The notes under the pieces: generated by a model
What the model was told of the DNA's origin: nothing
What the model saw: only the letters and a program-made list of their open reading frames with translations
Databases searched by the model: none
Source of the DNA: Phycisphaerales bacterium
GTDB taxonomy: Bacteria; Planctomycetota; Phycisphaerae; Phycisphaerales; UBA1924
Direction: 5' to 3'
NCBI GenBank assembly: GCA_044223975.1
Contig: JBGALI010000012.1
Span: 38,422 to 102,421, forward strand
Length of the DNA: 64,000 nt
Shown: piece by piece, positions 21,640-29,960 of the stretch
Position numbering within the stretch: the first letter of the stretch is position 1
How the letters are laid out: every line of letters begins with the position of its first letter
Translations under genes and position numbers: made by a program

Positions 21640-22014
21640 TCAAGAGACCCGCGGCCCACGACTCGACCTCCCCGGACGCGCGGAAGGGGCGGCGCCATCG
21701 ACCACCGTGCCTTGAGATGTCGAACTGGCAAAGCCTGCGCTACAGAAGAAAAGGACCCGGGCCGCGCGCCCGCGCCGCGGGGGACGCGGCGCGGCAATTC
21801 TCCATTCAAAATCAACCTCGACGACGACCGGCCTTGGCCCTTCTGCCGTCGGGATTGACCACACCACTACTTGCGTACCTCTCCCACGTGCCGGCTGCAC
21901 GCGGTGCATTCTGCGGTAAACTCCCCCGTCCAAGTCTCCCAGGACGGGGGCCCCCCTTGGCGATCGTGCGATCACCGTTTCGCCGAGGAGTAGTGAGGAT
22001 GAACTCGCTCTGGG

Positions 22015-23763
22015 TCAGGGAGCGCTACAACGCGCCAATCCCCCACATGGAAGTGGCGCGTCGATCCTCAATCCATCTCCATGCCGCGGCATCCGCGGCC
22101 GGTTGAATTGACTCTGGAATCGCTTTCTTCCGGAACGTGCCCGGACACCGATCTCCTCCCCACTTTGGGGTTGATTCCTAGACGCATCGAAGCCTGTACC
22201 ACCCTCACAGGGCGGCCGCACAGGCCTTACGACGACATGCGACCCAGAGGCGCCGATACGACATGAAATGGAGACTTCATTTGGCCGCCCAGCCTCAAGG
22301 TCAGGCCAGGCCCGCGCACCATCGCCGTCACGCGCCGCCCCTTTTGTGCTGGAGAGCGGCGTGAGCCGCGGACAGCCCCCGGCTACCCTCCGACTGTCAC
22401 ATTTTCGGAGGGATGCAGACGGCACGGTGACACCCTGAACCAACGCCAAGAATCGGTCATAGAGGCCCTGTAGCTCAGCGGTTAGAGCAGGCGACTCATA
22501 AGCTCGTCCGGGCATTCGGACGAGAGAAGCAAGTTTCGGCGAGGACTCGCCAAGTGTTGAAGTGGCATCACCTTGCGGCGCGTTCGCTTCCGCTCCCTGC
22601 TTCTCCCTGTACCTAGATGTAGACGAGTGCTGATGCGCTTTCTGATGCGCTTCGCCCCCGGGAGCGGCGGCGGCAGCCGCGGAAAGCATTCCGCCCTTGT
22701 TCATCGCGTAGTGTTTCTGCTGGACCGTGATGCTGTGGCCGATCGCGTCTGCCGCCTCGTGCTGCGGGAACGTGTCGAGCCAATCGGTTTCGATGCTCTG
22801 CCGCAGCGATTGGAACGTCTTTGGCCATCGCTTCACGCCCGCGCGGGCCGCGGCTTCCTGGATGGTCCGGGCCATGTTGTTTGTGCTGTGCGGGATAAGG
22901 CGAGACTGTTTCTCGGGCGCGGCGTGGTAGGCGGCCTGGAGCAAAGCGAGCAGCTTTGGGAACACTGGCACTGTGCGCGTCTGTCCGGTCTTGGGCGCGT
23001 AGACGGTGATCGCGTTGGTCTTCCAGTTCATTTTGTCCCATGTCAGGATGTGGGTCTCGCTGGGCACGCGAAGCCCGGCATGTCGCGCCAACCCGAAGAG
23101 AAGCCGCCAGTCCGGACCTGGGAGTTCGTCAAGCACTTTGTCAGCATCGGCGAGGGACACGTAGTGCTTAGCCCCAGCGAGCGCCGCGGAGTCCAGCTTA
23201 CGGAACGGGTCGGCAGGGAGGATTTCAAGCTCTTTGGTGGCGACGGCAAGTAGGGCCTTCGCATTGCGGGCGTGGAGACGGATCGTCACTTCCTTCAAGC
23301 CTTCGGCCTGTAGGCTCCGGCGCCACGCTGCCGCATCGGCCGGGGTGAGCGCGTCGATGGGGGGATTGGCCGTGAAATGGTCGCGCAATCGTCTTGCCGT
23401 CTGCCGAAGCAGGCGGCGGCTTCCGGGCTTCAAGTCGGCACGCTTGTTTCGCAGCGCGATGGCGAGAAACGTAACGAGCCGGGGCGACCCTCCCTGCCAG
23501 TGCTTCGGCGCCTTGGCCTTGGCGAGTCCGGCCTTCACCATGCGGGCGTGGATCGTCTCGTCAACGCCTGCAAGCCACGCCGCTGTGGCTGGGCTCAACG
23601 CGTAGTTCGCGGCCCTGGAGCCGAGAATGTCGTCGATTCGACGCTGGTATTCCTCCGCTGTGCGATACGTGACCTTCCCAAGCCGAAGCCACTGGCGGAC
23701 TCCGGCCGGGGAGGGAAAGAAGGCAATGGCGTAGGACTTGCCGATCTTGACGATGCTGCTCAT
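22015..23763 (-). CDS. Tyrosine-type site-specific integrase. The listed ORF runs on without a stop across attL, so the real C-terminus is uncertain.
   Basis: Catalytic-domain residues in order (ARHAGLRVPSE; HSTNNMART; IGHSITVQQKHYAMN with the Tyr). The ORF continues 3' of the HY motif through the reverse complement of the tRNA fragment (YESPALTAELQG) into the chromosomal flank. Confidence 0.8.
   Translation of the reverse strand: MSSIVKIGKSYAIAFFPSPAGVRQWLRLGKVTYRTAEEYQRRIDDILGSRAANYALSPATAAWLAGVDETIHARMVKAGLAKAKAPKHWQGGSPRLVTFLAIALRNKRADLKPGSRRLLRQTARRLRDHFTANPPIDALTPADAAAWRRSLQAEGLKEVTIRLHARNAKALLAVATKELEILPADPFRKLDSAALAGAKHYVSLADADKVLDELPGPDWRLLFGLARHAGLRVPSETHILTWDKMNWKTNAITVYAPKTGQTRTVPVFPKLLALLQAAYHAAPEKQSRLIPHSTNNMARTIQEAAARAGVKRWPKTFQSLRQSIETDWLDTFPQHEAADAIGHSITVQQKHYAMNKGGMLSAAAAAAPGGEAHQKAHQHSSTSRYREKQGAEANAPQGDATSTLGESSPKLASLVRMPGRAYESPALTAELQGLYDRFLALVQGVTVPSASLRKCDSRRVAGGCPRLTPLSSTKGAARDGDGARAWPDLEAGRPNEVSISCRIGASGSHVVVRPVRPPCEGGTGFDASRNQPQSGEEIGVRARSGRKRFQSQFNRPRMPRHGDGLRIDAPLPCGGLARCSAP
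22464..22501 (+). repeat. attL: 38-nt copy of the 5' half of tRNA-Met (through the anticodon loop)
   Basis: GGCCCTGTAGCTCAGCGGTTAGAGCAGGCGACTCATAA is identical to 30386..30423. The sequence diverges immediately afterwards and no T-arm follows. Confidence 0.9.
22642..22661 (+). repeat. TGATGCGC-TTTC-TGATGCGC motif (left end of island)
   Basis: Exact 20-mer, repeated at 30333..30352 in the same orientation. Its reverse complement occurs at 26209..26228 with a CTTC spacer. Confidence 0.85.
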
Positions 23764-23978
23764 GACTTCCCCTTCCGCTTGGCGATGGCCGCGGGAAACG
23801 TGATCTTCGCCCCGAGTGCCGCGAGGATGGCGTCGGCGCTTGTGAGGCTCAAATCCCCATCCCCCCGAAGGAACCGGGCCACGCTCGTTTCAATTACTCC
23901 GCTTCGCTTGGCAACGGCGTAGCCCGTGAGCCCCTGCCGTTTCACTTCGGCGCGAATTCGGTCGGCGAGTGACTTCAT
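23760..23978 (-). CDS. XRE-family (Cro/CI-type) HTH transcriptional regulator
   Basis: 72 aa: MKSLADRIRAEVKRQGLTGYAVAKRSGVIETSVARFLRGDGDLSLTSADAILAALG. Its stop overlaps the int start (ATGA). It is divergent from alpA. Confidence 0.75.
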   Translation of the reverse strand: MKSLADRIRAEVKRQGLTGYAVAKRSGVIETSVARFLRGDGDLSLTSADAILAALGAKITFPAAIAKRKGKS

Positions 23979-24001
23979 GGCATCACGATACAAGCAACTT
24001 G

Positions 24002-24019
24002 GCACGCTGTCAAGCGTGC
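24002..24019. promoter_or_regulatory. 7-bp inverted repeat GCACGCT-GTCA-AGCGTGC in the xre/alpA divergent intergenic region (candidate operator)
   Basis: Perfect palindrome about 25 nt upstream of the xre start codon (23978) and about 125 nt upstream of alpA. Confidence 0.45.
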
Positions 24020-24142
24020 TAGTACGGACTTCCTTGCCAATCTTCCGAACTCGGCTTGGCTTTGAGTGGACAGAGCGCAAAAGGGGTCGATATTGGATGT
24101 GGACGCTGCCCTTTGCGGCTTCCTTCACTTGGAGACTGAAAC

Positions 24143-24403
24143 ATGCGAGAAGGACACGGCAGCGGCGCGGACTTGGATTCTGGCCTTTGGCTTCCCGGCG
24201 AAGCAGCGCGGTTCTTGAAGATCAGCACGCGGACGCTGTTCGCGTTAGAGAGCAAAGGAAAGGTCCGTTCGGTGCGGTTCGGCCGCAGCGTCCGCTACCA
24301 CCCGGCCGATGTGCGGGACTTTGTGTCCCAGCATCGTCGGCACGAGCCCCGCGAGCCTGTTGCTGTCCACAACTGTGGAAGCGTGGCCAGCAACAAGGGC
24401 TAA
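24143..24403 (+). CDS. AlpA/excisionase-family (MerR-like HTH_17) DNA-binding protein
   Basis: LPGEAARFLKISTRTLFALESKGKVRSVRFGRSVRYHPADVRDFV, with a GGAGA RBS 8 nt upstream of the ATG. Confidence 0.75.
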   Translation: MREGHGSGADLDSGLWLPGEAARFLKISTRTLFALESKGKVRSVRFGRSVRYHPADVRDFVSQHRRHEPREPVAVHNCGSVASNKG

Positions 24404-24415
24404 AGCGCCACGGCT

Positions 24416-25816
24416 GTGGCAAGGCGAGGGATTCAATTGAGCGAAGACAAGGCGATGGGCGCGGGAGCGGCTTCGGTTGATCGTGCGGAGCAAATCGGGC
24501 GGCTCGCTGCCGTGCTGTTTGAGCCGATGGACTGGGTAGAAGTTCGCACAGTGTGGCCAGACCGCTCGGCCGGTTCGTCGCGGTGGTGCCGAGCAAACGA
24601 GATGGCATCGGCCGAGATGGTCGACTGGATGGGGGCCCAGAACGCGCGGGGACTTGGCATCTTCTACGGCGTGAACCCTCGCAAGCGAAGTGGCGGCAGC
24701 ACGGGCGCCGATGTGGCCCTGGCACGGTGCGTGTTCGCGGACTTTGACAACGGCACCGACGTAGCGACCGCCCGCGCCAAGATTCAGGACGTGGGACTTC
24801 CCGCCGCGACGGCAATCGTCGGGAGCGGGCACGGAGTTCATGTGTACTGGCGGCTAGACGAGCCGCTTGCAGACTTGGAGCGCGCCAAGGCCATCCAGAA
24901 GGGCATCGCCGCACACGCGGGGTCGGACGCGAAAGTTTTCGACGCGCCGCGAATCCTCCGCGTCCCCGGATTCCTGAACACCAAGCTCCCACACGCTCCC
25001 GTTGTGCTCATCGAATCTGACGCGGGCAGGACCTATCCACTCGCGGAGTTTCCGGGGCATGACAAGCCCTTCTCAAAGGGCGCGAGTGCGCTTGTACCAT
25101 CAGTGCCATCGGTAGCATCGGGTGGGGATGGGACTGATGGGACTGATGGGACTGATGGGACTGATGGGACTGATGGTACAAGCCCACCCCGCTCCCTGAT
25201 GCACGATCCCCGAGTCGTGGACGCCATCGACGCATGGGCCCTCACGGCGTTCGGTCAACGGCGTGCACGACTCTGGGGCTTAGTGACTTCTCTCAAGAAC
25301 ATCCCGGGCATGGAATCTTCGACTGACATGGACCTTCAGCCTGTCGTCATGGCGTGGCTGGGCAAGAACATGGCTTTCGTCGAGTCCACAGACCCCCGCG
25401 TGACAATCGCGGACCTGGAGGAATGCGTGTCGAGATATGACCCCGCCAAGTTCAACCAGTGCATCGGGAACGCGTACGCGTGGGCCCTGACGCAACCGCC
25501 GCACCCGCTGCTGGTCGACAACATCGTTTCCGAGCGCGCGACGCTGGCAAGGATGTTCGAATTTCTCCATCGCTGGCACTCAAAGGACGGAGTGTTCTGG
25601 GCGGGACAGTCGCGACTCGCCGAGCCGTTCCGCGTATCCCAGCAACTCATGGCACTTTGGATCAAAGGGCTAATTAGGCTGGGCATTGTGAAGGTCGAAG
25701 AGAAGGGAACTCGGCGCCGCGTGGTTGATGGGAAGGTCGTGCCCGCGCGGGCCACGACGTACCGATACCTTTTGCCGATCGACAACACGGCCGCGCCCGC
25801 CGCCGCGGCGGCCTAA
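24416..25816 (+). CDS. Primase-polymerase (archaeo-eukaryotic primase superfamily) replication protein with C-terminal accessory domain
   Basis: AEP motifs in order: DFD (VFADFDNGTD), SGHGVHVYW, RVPGFLNTK. An internal (DGT)5 linker is encoded by a 9-bp tandem repeat. The start is GTG 24416 or ATG 24455. Confidence 0.75.
   Translation: MARRGIQLSEDKAMGAGAASVDRAEQIGRLAAVLFEPMDWVEVRTVWPDRSAGSSRWCRANEMASAEMVDWMGAQNARGLGIFYGVNPRKRSGGSTGADVALARCVFADFDNGTDVATARAKIQDVGLPAATAIVGSGHGVHVYWRLDEPLADLERAKAIQKGIAAHAGSDAKVFDAPRILRVPGFLNTKLPHAPVVLIESDAGRTYPLAEFPGHDKPFSKGASALVPSVPSVASGGDGTDGTDGTDGTDGTDGTSPPRSLMHDPRVVDAIDAWALTAFGQRRARLWGLVTSLKNIPGMESSTDMDLQPVVMAWLGKNMAFVESTDPRVTIADLEECVSRYDPAKFNQCIGNAYAWALTQPPHPLLVDNIVSERATLARMFEFLHRWHSKDGVFWAGQSRLAEPFRVSQQLMALWIKGLIRLGIVKVEEKGTRRRVVDGKVVPARATTYRYLLPIDNTAAPAAAAA
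25127..25180 (+). repeat. 9-bp tandem repeat (GATGGGACT x5, plus one degenerate copy) inside the primase-polymerase gene
   Basis: Perfect head-to-tail copies at 25127, 25136, 25145, 25154 and 25163, with a sixth copy GATGGTACA. It stays in frame and encodes GDGTDGTDGTDGTDGTDGT. Confidence 0.9.
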
Positions 25817-26082
25817 GTGCCCACGCCATCGCATCAGGTGTCCCGGCGGACGAATCCCGCCACGCCATGCCGTGTATTGCCCTAACGAAACCACAGGAAG
25901 TCGCAAGAAGAAGGGGAACGATTCCTGGCTTGCCACGGCCCGGGCCGGAGCGATGGCGATGGCCATTGCCTCTAGGGGTCTGGCACTTGCGAGCAAGTCA
26001 AGCGGTCAGCACCGGTCCAGACAGACGCGTCGGTTGCTATGCAGGGTCTCTTCACCTTGCCCGCGGCGTTGCCGGTGCCACG

Positions 26083-26720
26083 CGTCCACAGTTGTGGATG
26101 TTTCGACGGTCGAAACATTCACCCGACGACCCATAGTCTCCTGTCACGCTCCCAGAATGCGGCCGCACGACCCCGTCAACGCTGTTTCCTCTCGTCCCCG
26201 AGTCGGCGGCGCATCACTTCGCGCATCACTCGCGGGAGCTTCCACCCCCATCCCGTGCGCCATTCCATGCGCCATGCGAGCGTAAACCACTGTGAATCAA
26301 GGCCCGACACTCGGCTAGGCTGGCCGCGTGCGTGCGCGTGGCGTTGCTGGGCGTTGGTGGGCGTGGTGGTGGCCGTGGCCACGGCGCCCGCGTTGCGTGG
26401 TCCTGGCCGTGCTGGCCGTGGCCGTGGCGCCGCGAGCCCGGGACGATGGTGGTGGAACACGCGCGCCGTCGCGTGCGTCGGCGCGGGCGCGGGCGACCCC
26501 CACGGGGGGAAGCGGCTCGGCGACCATCTATCAACGAGCCCTCGCAATTTTCTGCAACAAAAGCACAAGGGGTCGACTTGAAATCGACTATCGACGGGTA
26601 CGCTGCTTCCGCGCCGCACTCTCCGCAGTTGTGGACGCAATGTTTCGACCGTCGAAACACTGCCGCCCCTTTGCAATCGTCATCGTCCGTCGGCAATGTT
26701 TCGGCGTCGAAACATTGCCC
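26083..26720. promoter_or_regulatory. Putative replication origin / protein-binding region: three copies of a 20-28-bp palindrome (ATGTTTCGAC-N-GTCGAAACAT) plus short direct repeats and a G-rich tract
   Basis: Palindromes at 26098..26118, 26638..26663 and 26693..26720. The first two share the leader CAGTTGTGGA. GCGCATCA-CTTC-GCGCATCA lies at 26209..26228. No convincing ORF covers about 1 kb downstream of the primase-polymerase gene. Confidence 0.6.
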
Positions 26721-26923
26721 CCCACCCGCTCCCCTTGCCTTGGCCGCCGGTCGTCGCTTCGCCTCGAAGATCGGCGGCCTTGCTCGTTCCTTTCCGCTGC
26801 GCGACTTGGCCCTAAGCGGGCGCCGCGTGGCGTCGTCTTCGTCGCTTCCGCGCCAGCGTGCTGCCCTTGCTGGCGCGGAAGTTTTTCCCCTTTCACGTCG
26901 GCATCGGCCGACACGGAGTCACA

Positions 26924-27112
26924 ATGTCCGAGACGAATACCGCAAAGCCGTTCACGTCCGCCGCGGAGCGCGATGCCGCGTTCAGAAGCCCAAAGTACGC
27001 GCCTGAGCGGCCCAACGGATCGGGTCCCAATCCGCAGCACGACGCTGCGTATCGGGCCGAAGTCCTGGCACGCATGGCCGCCACGGAAGCCACCGGGAGG
27101 AAGCTCTCTTGA
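26924..27112 (+). CDS. Hypothetical protein (62 aa)
   Basis: ATG behind a GGAG RBS. Its stop overlaps the TTG start of the next ORF (TTGA). Confidence 0.4.
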   Translation: MSETNTAKPFTSAAERDAAFRSPKYAPERPNGSGPNPQHDAAYRAEVLARMAATEATGRKLS

Positions 27113-27636
27113 ACGAACCCACCACCACCACCACCACCTCCCCCGTTTCCCCTGGAGACCTTGCAATCGCTCTCCGGGATCGCCATCGCTCGGGCCTGGT
27201 CGAAGCACTCAAGACCTACAGGGCCGCTGCCGCCGCGGGCGACGTTACTGCGATGGCCAAGTCCGCGGACCAACTCGGACTGACTGACGATGAGATCGTG
27301 AGCGACGCCACGGCGTTGGCGACGGTGTCTGAACTTGACGCATCCATTGCGGGCTTTGCCACCGACTTGGCAAATCTGCGCGACGCTGCCGACATGGACC
27401 GTGAAGACGCTGCTTTGGCGGAGCAGATGGCCATCGCCACCCGCCCGATGGCAGAGAAGCGCGCGGCGATTGCGACGGAGCGGGCCAAGATCGCCAAGTT
27501 GAAGGAAGAGACGAACGGGCTTGAAGAGGCCCTGCGGAGCGCCCGCCGCGGTTCACCCCGACTCTTCGAACCCGACATCACACTCGCCGCGGCCCGCAGC
27601 ACGCCCCTCGGTGCGGCCTACTTCGAACGGAGCTGA
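27109..27636 (+). CDS. Hypothetical protein (175 aa, poly-Thr N-terminus, predicted helical/coiled-coil)
   Basis: TTG start behind a GGGAGGAAG RBS, with coherent non-repetitive sequence after TTTTTT. It is translationally coupled to the upstream ORF. Confidence 0.5.
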   Translation: MNEPTTTTTTSPVSPGDLAIALRDRHRSGLVEALKTYRAAAAAGDVTAMAKSADQLGLTDDEIVSDATALATVSELDASIAGFATDLANLRDAADMDREDAALAEQMAIATRPMAEKRAAIATERAKIAKLKEETNGLEEALRSARRGSPRLFEPDITLAAARSTPLGAAYFERS

Positions 27637-27643
27637 AATCTAC

Positions 27644-28000
27644 ATGACCAAGAACACCAAGCCCCCGCCCACCCAACGCGCGCGGATGCTCGAACTTTTC
27701 AACCGTCTGGTTGACCTACTCCTGACGCTGCTTCGCCGCGGCCGTCCGATGGTCGGCCCCGACGGCGCGATCATGGTCGACGCCAACGGTAAGGCGATTT
27801 ACAAGGACATCGGCGCGGCTGATATGGCCGTGTGCGTGTCGCTGCTTCGCCTGGCTGGCCTTCGGGCCACGCTCAATGCGCCGCAGACAGAGCTTGCCGC
27901 GATGATGGAACGCGCCAGAGCGGCCGGGTGGCGCTCGCCCGAGTCGGTGCCCCCGGCCGCGGCGGACGGCGCCGGGGAGGACGACGATGCCGAGGACTGA
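27644..28000 (+). CDS. Hypothetical protein (118 aa)
   Basis: ATG at 27644. The stop overlaps the start of the next gene. Confidence 0.45.
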   Translation: MTKNTKPPPTQRARMLELFNRLVDLLLTLLRRGRPMVGPDGAIMVDANGKAIYKDIGAADMAVCVSLLRLAGLRATLNAPQTELAAMMERARAAGWRSPESVPPAAADGAGEDDDAED

Positions 28001-28385
28001 CCTTCCGCGCGATCATCGCAAGCCGATCCCTCCCGAAAATCGGCTCCTGCTCGATGCCGACCACGTCGCACGCTTGCTCTCTGTCAGTCGCTACACCATC
28101 TTGGCGTGGCGGAAGCAAGGACTCATGCCCCAGCCCGTCGAGTTCTCCGCTGGCACCGTTTTGTGGAGAGTCCGCGAGATCGAGGCTTGGGTGGTGGCCT
28201 CGTGCCCCGCCATGGCCGATTGGACCTGGCGTCCCACGGTTTCGGCGCGACTTGACGCCTACATCCGTTGTCAGTCCCGGGAGATCAAGGACATGCAAGA
28301 ATCCCTGGACGCGGCACTCCGCGCGAAGGCCGCAGGCGCGACGACGATCCCGGTCTCGCTCGCTCCCGACTCGCCCACTCTGTAA
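27987..28385 (+). CDS. Second AlpA/excisionase-family HTH protein
   Basis: DADHVARLLSVSRYTILAWRKQGLMPQPVEFSAGTVLWRVREIEAWV matches the AlpA-type winged-helix pattern. Confidence 0.65.
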   Translation: MPRTDLPRDHRKPIPPENRLLLDADHVARLLSVSRYTILAWRKQGLMPQPVEFSAGTVLWRVREIEAWVVASCPAMADWTWRPTVSARLDAYIRCQSREIKDMQESLDAALRAKAAGATTIPVSLAPDSPTL

Positions 28386-28437
28386 TTGCCGCGGCGGCCT
28401 GTTCGCCTACTGGCCTTCTACATCGCCGCGTTCGCAT

Positions 28438-28475
28438 TTGCCCCGCCCTGGCGAAAGCCGGGGGCGGGGTTTTTC
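28438..28475 (+). terminator. Rho-independent terminator
   Basis: GCCCCGCCC - loop - GGGGCGGGG followed by TTTTT, immediately after the second alpA-like gene. Confidence 0.7.
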
Positions 28476-28560
28476 GGTTGTGTCCCTTGGTGTCCGCATA
28501 TTGCTGGTTGTTCGGACTTGTGATCCGTGGTAGCCTGCGCCCTTTGGGGGGGCACGCAAA

Positions 28561-28794
28561 ATGAACGCGAAGAACGTCGGAGCCTACTTGGCCGTGGGTG
28601 GCGGCGCGCTCTTGTACCTTGCTTTCGTCGGCTCGCTCGTGACGGGCTGTGGCTGGGTGCTGTTCTACTCCGAATGGCACTGGTTCGCCAAGGTGATGGC
28701 CGCGATCATCCTGTTGCCGTTCCTGCCCCACGCGATTGGCTTGCTGGTGACCCTCGTTACGCTGGCAGGCAGCATCGGAAAGCGACCGGGCTAG
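28561..28794 (+). CDS. Small membrane protein (77 aa, two predicted TM helices)
   Basis: Hydrophobic segments LAVGGGALLYLAFVGSLV and VMAAIILLPFLPHAIGLLVTLVTLA. Confidence 0.45.
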   Translation: MNAKNVGAYLAVGGGALLYLAFVGSLVTGCGWVLFYSEWHWFAKVMAAIILLPFLPHAIGLLVTLVTLAGSIGKRPG

Positions 28795-29348
28795 TGCGGG
28801 CCCGCGTGGTCATTGGGCGCCGCCGTCAACCGTTCCACCAAAGATTTCGGCTCGGGCGCTGGATCGCAATACTCCACACCCCAAGTAGCGATGGTCAAAT
28901 CTTTGCCGCGGTAGACCAGAATCTCGCGCTTCCGGCTGAAAACCCACAGGCTCACGGCGCCGCCCTGGCGAAGCAGCTGACTCATGAACGCCGATCCCTG
29001 AGCGCTAAGCACAAACTCGGCGCAATCGTTCGTCTCAATGGCGTCCGCGCGCCCGTGGATGTGCATCCCATACTGTTGAACGACGCCATTCGTTGACACC
29101 CCGCGCATCACGGCACGAGGTTCTGGAATCGGGTTGTTGCCCGTGTTGGTGGCAATCGCGCGAATTGTCCGTTCGCCACCTTCTTCGTGCATGGCAATTT
29201 GAACGCTGACGCGGAGCCGCTTCGCCTCTTGTTCGCGTTGTTTGTCCCGCCGCTCAATGCCAAATTCGATGGCCCGCAACACGGCGAGACTTCCAGAAAT
29301 GACCGTACCCGTCAAGCCGAGATAGAAGGCGGCATCATCCATGGGCAA
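28791..29348 (-). CDS. Hypothetical protein with an N-terminal TM helix (185 aa); candidate island cargo
   Basis: N-terminus AAFYLGLTGTVISGSLAVLRAI. The remainder is soluble and I recognise no family. Confidence 0.45.
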   Translation of the reverse strand: MPMDDAAFYLGLTGTVISGSLAVLRAIEFGIERRDKQREQEAKRLRVSVQIAMHEEGGERTIRAIATNTGNNPIPEPRAVMRGVSTNGVVQQYGMHIHGRADAIETNDCAEFVLSAQGSAFMSQLLRQGGAVSLWVFSRKREILVYRGKDLTIATWGVEYCDPAPEPKSLVERLTAAPNDHAGPH

Positions 29349-29387
29349 TGCTAGTTGCTCTGGAATCGCTGCGGCAGAGCGTTCGGT

Positions 29388-29960
29388 TCACTCCTGCCGC
29401 ACTCGTGCCCCACCCTGCCGCCCCCATGCCACCCTAAGCACTTGCACCGCCTGAACCACCTGCCGTGCCGTGCAACCGAGCGAAGCCGCTGCGTGGGCTG
29501 TACCGCCTGTGCGTACCACCATCGCCACACGCTCGGCCGTGGTCTCGCTGGCAATGCCCAGCACACTCGCCACGCTCGCGCTCGTGTCCCTTGCCCGCTC
29601 GTGCGGCTCGCGCTGGCCCAGTTGCTCGGGCGGTTCGCGGTGCTGGCTCCGGCGCCGACTCGCGCCACGCTCGCGGTGCCAGTTGTCCAGCACGCGGCGC
29701 CGCGCGTTGCGAGCCACGCACCTGGCGAAGTCGTCCCCGTCGAATCGGTCGGCGATGGCATTGCACACGAGCCACGCCTCGCCGAAGTGCTCGGCCGCGG
29801 CCGTGCCCGTGGCCTTGCCGACTTGCCGCGCTATCGACTCGGCCAGCGCGAGCACTTCGGCCCGCGTGACTTGGCCCGTGGCCATGGTCTCTCCCCTTGC
29901 CCCTGAATGGCCCGTGGCACGCTCTCGCACGCCCGGGCCGTTGGATGGTCGGTCAATCAC
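29388..29960 (-). CDS. Sigma-70 family (ECF-like) sigma factor
   Basis: Region-2-like DFARCVARNARRRVLDNWHRE (compare F..W...IARN...D..RR) and region-4-like AERVAMVVRTGGTAHAAASLGCTARQVVQAV. The start is probably ATG near 29884; the frame is ambiguous by 1 nt in my reading. Confidence 0.5.
   Translation of the reverse strand: MIDRPSNGPGVRERATGHSGARGETMATGQVTRAEVLALAESIARQVGKATGTAAAEHFGEAWLVCNAIADRFDGDDFARCVARNARRRVLDNWHRERGASRRRSQHREPPEQLGQREPHERARDTSASVASVLGIASETTAERVAMVVRTGGTAHAAASLGCTARQVVQAVQVLRVAWGRQGGARVRQE

Noticed and set aside
21757-21781. GC-rich hairpin CCGCGCCGCG-GGGGA-CGCGGCGCGG after the first RND gene, considered as a terminator
   Set aside because: There is no downstream U-tract, and such GC palindromes are frequent in this composition. 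Left uncalled.
26330-26470. G-rich GTGG/GCCGTGGCC repetitive tract considered as a CRISPR array or G-quadruplex locus
   Set aside because: There are no regularly spaced identical repeats with unique spacers, so it is not CRISPR. G-quadruplex potential cannot be judged by eye. It is kept only as part of the ori-like region.
26328-27287. 319-aa ORF spanning the G-rich tract and palindromes, including an apparent HHHHHH run
   Set aside because: The CACCACCACCACCACC stretch is read as poly-Thr in the frame that has an RBS and coherent downstream sequence (27109..27636). The long ORF is low-complexity and crosses obvious non-coding repeats.
29882-29960. Exact start of the ECF-like sigma gene
   Set aside because: My manual indexing of the printed sequence was 1 nt out of frame with the track translation around 29880, so I could not confirm the reading frame by hand. 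I kept the track coordinates and flagged the start as uncertain rather than proposing a frameshift.
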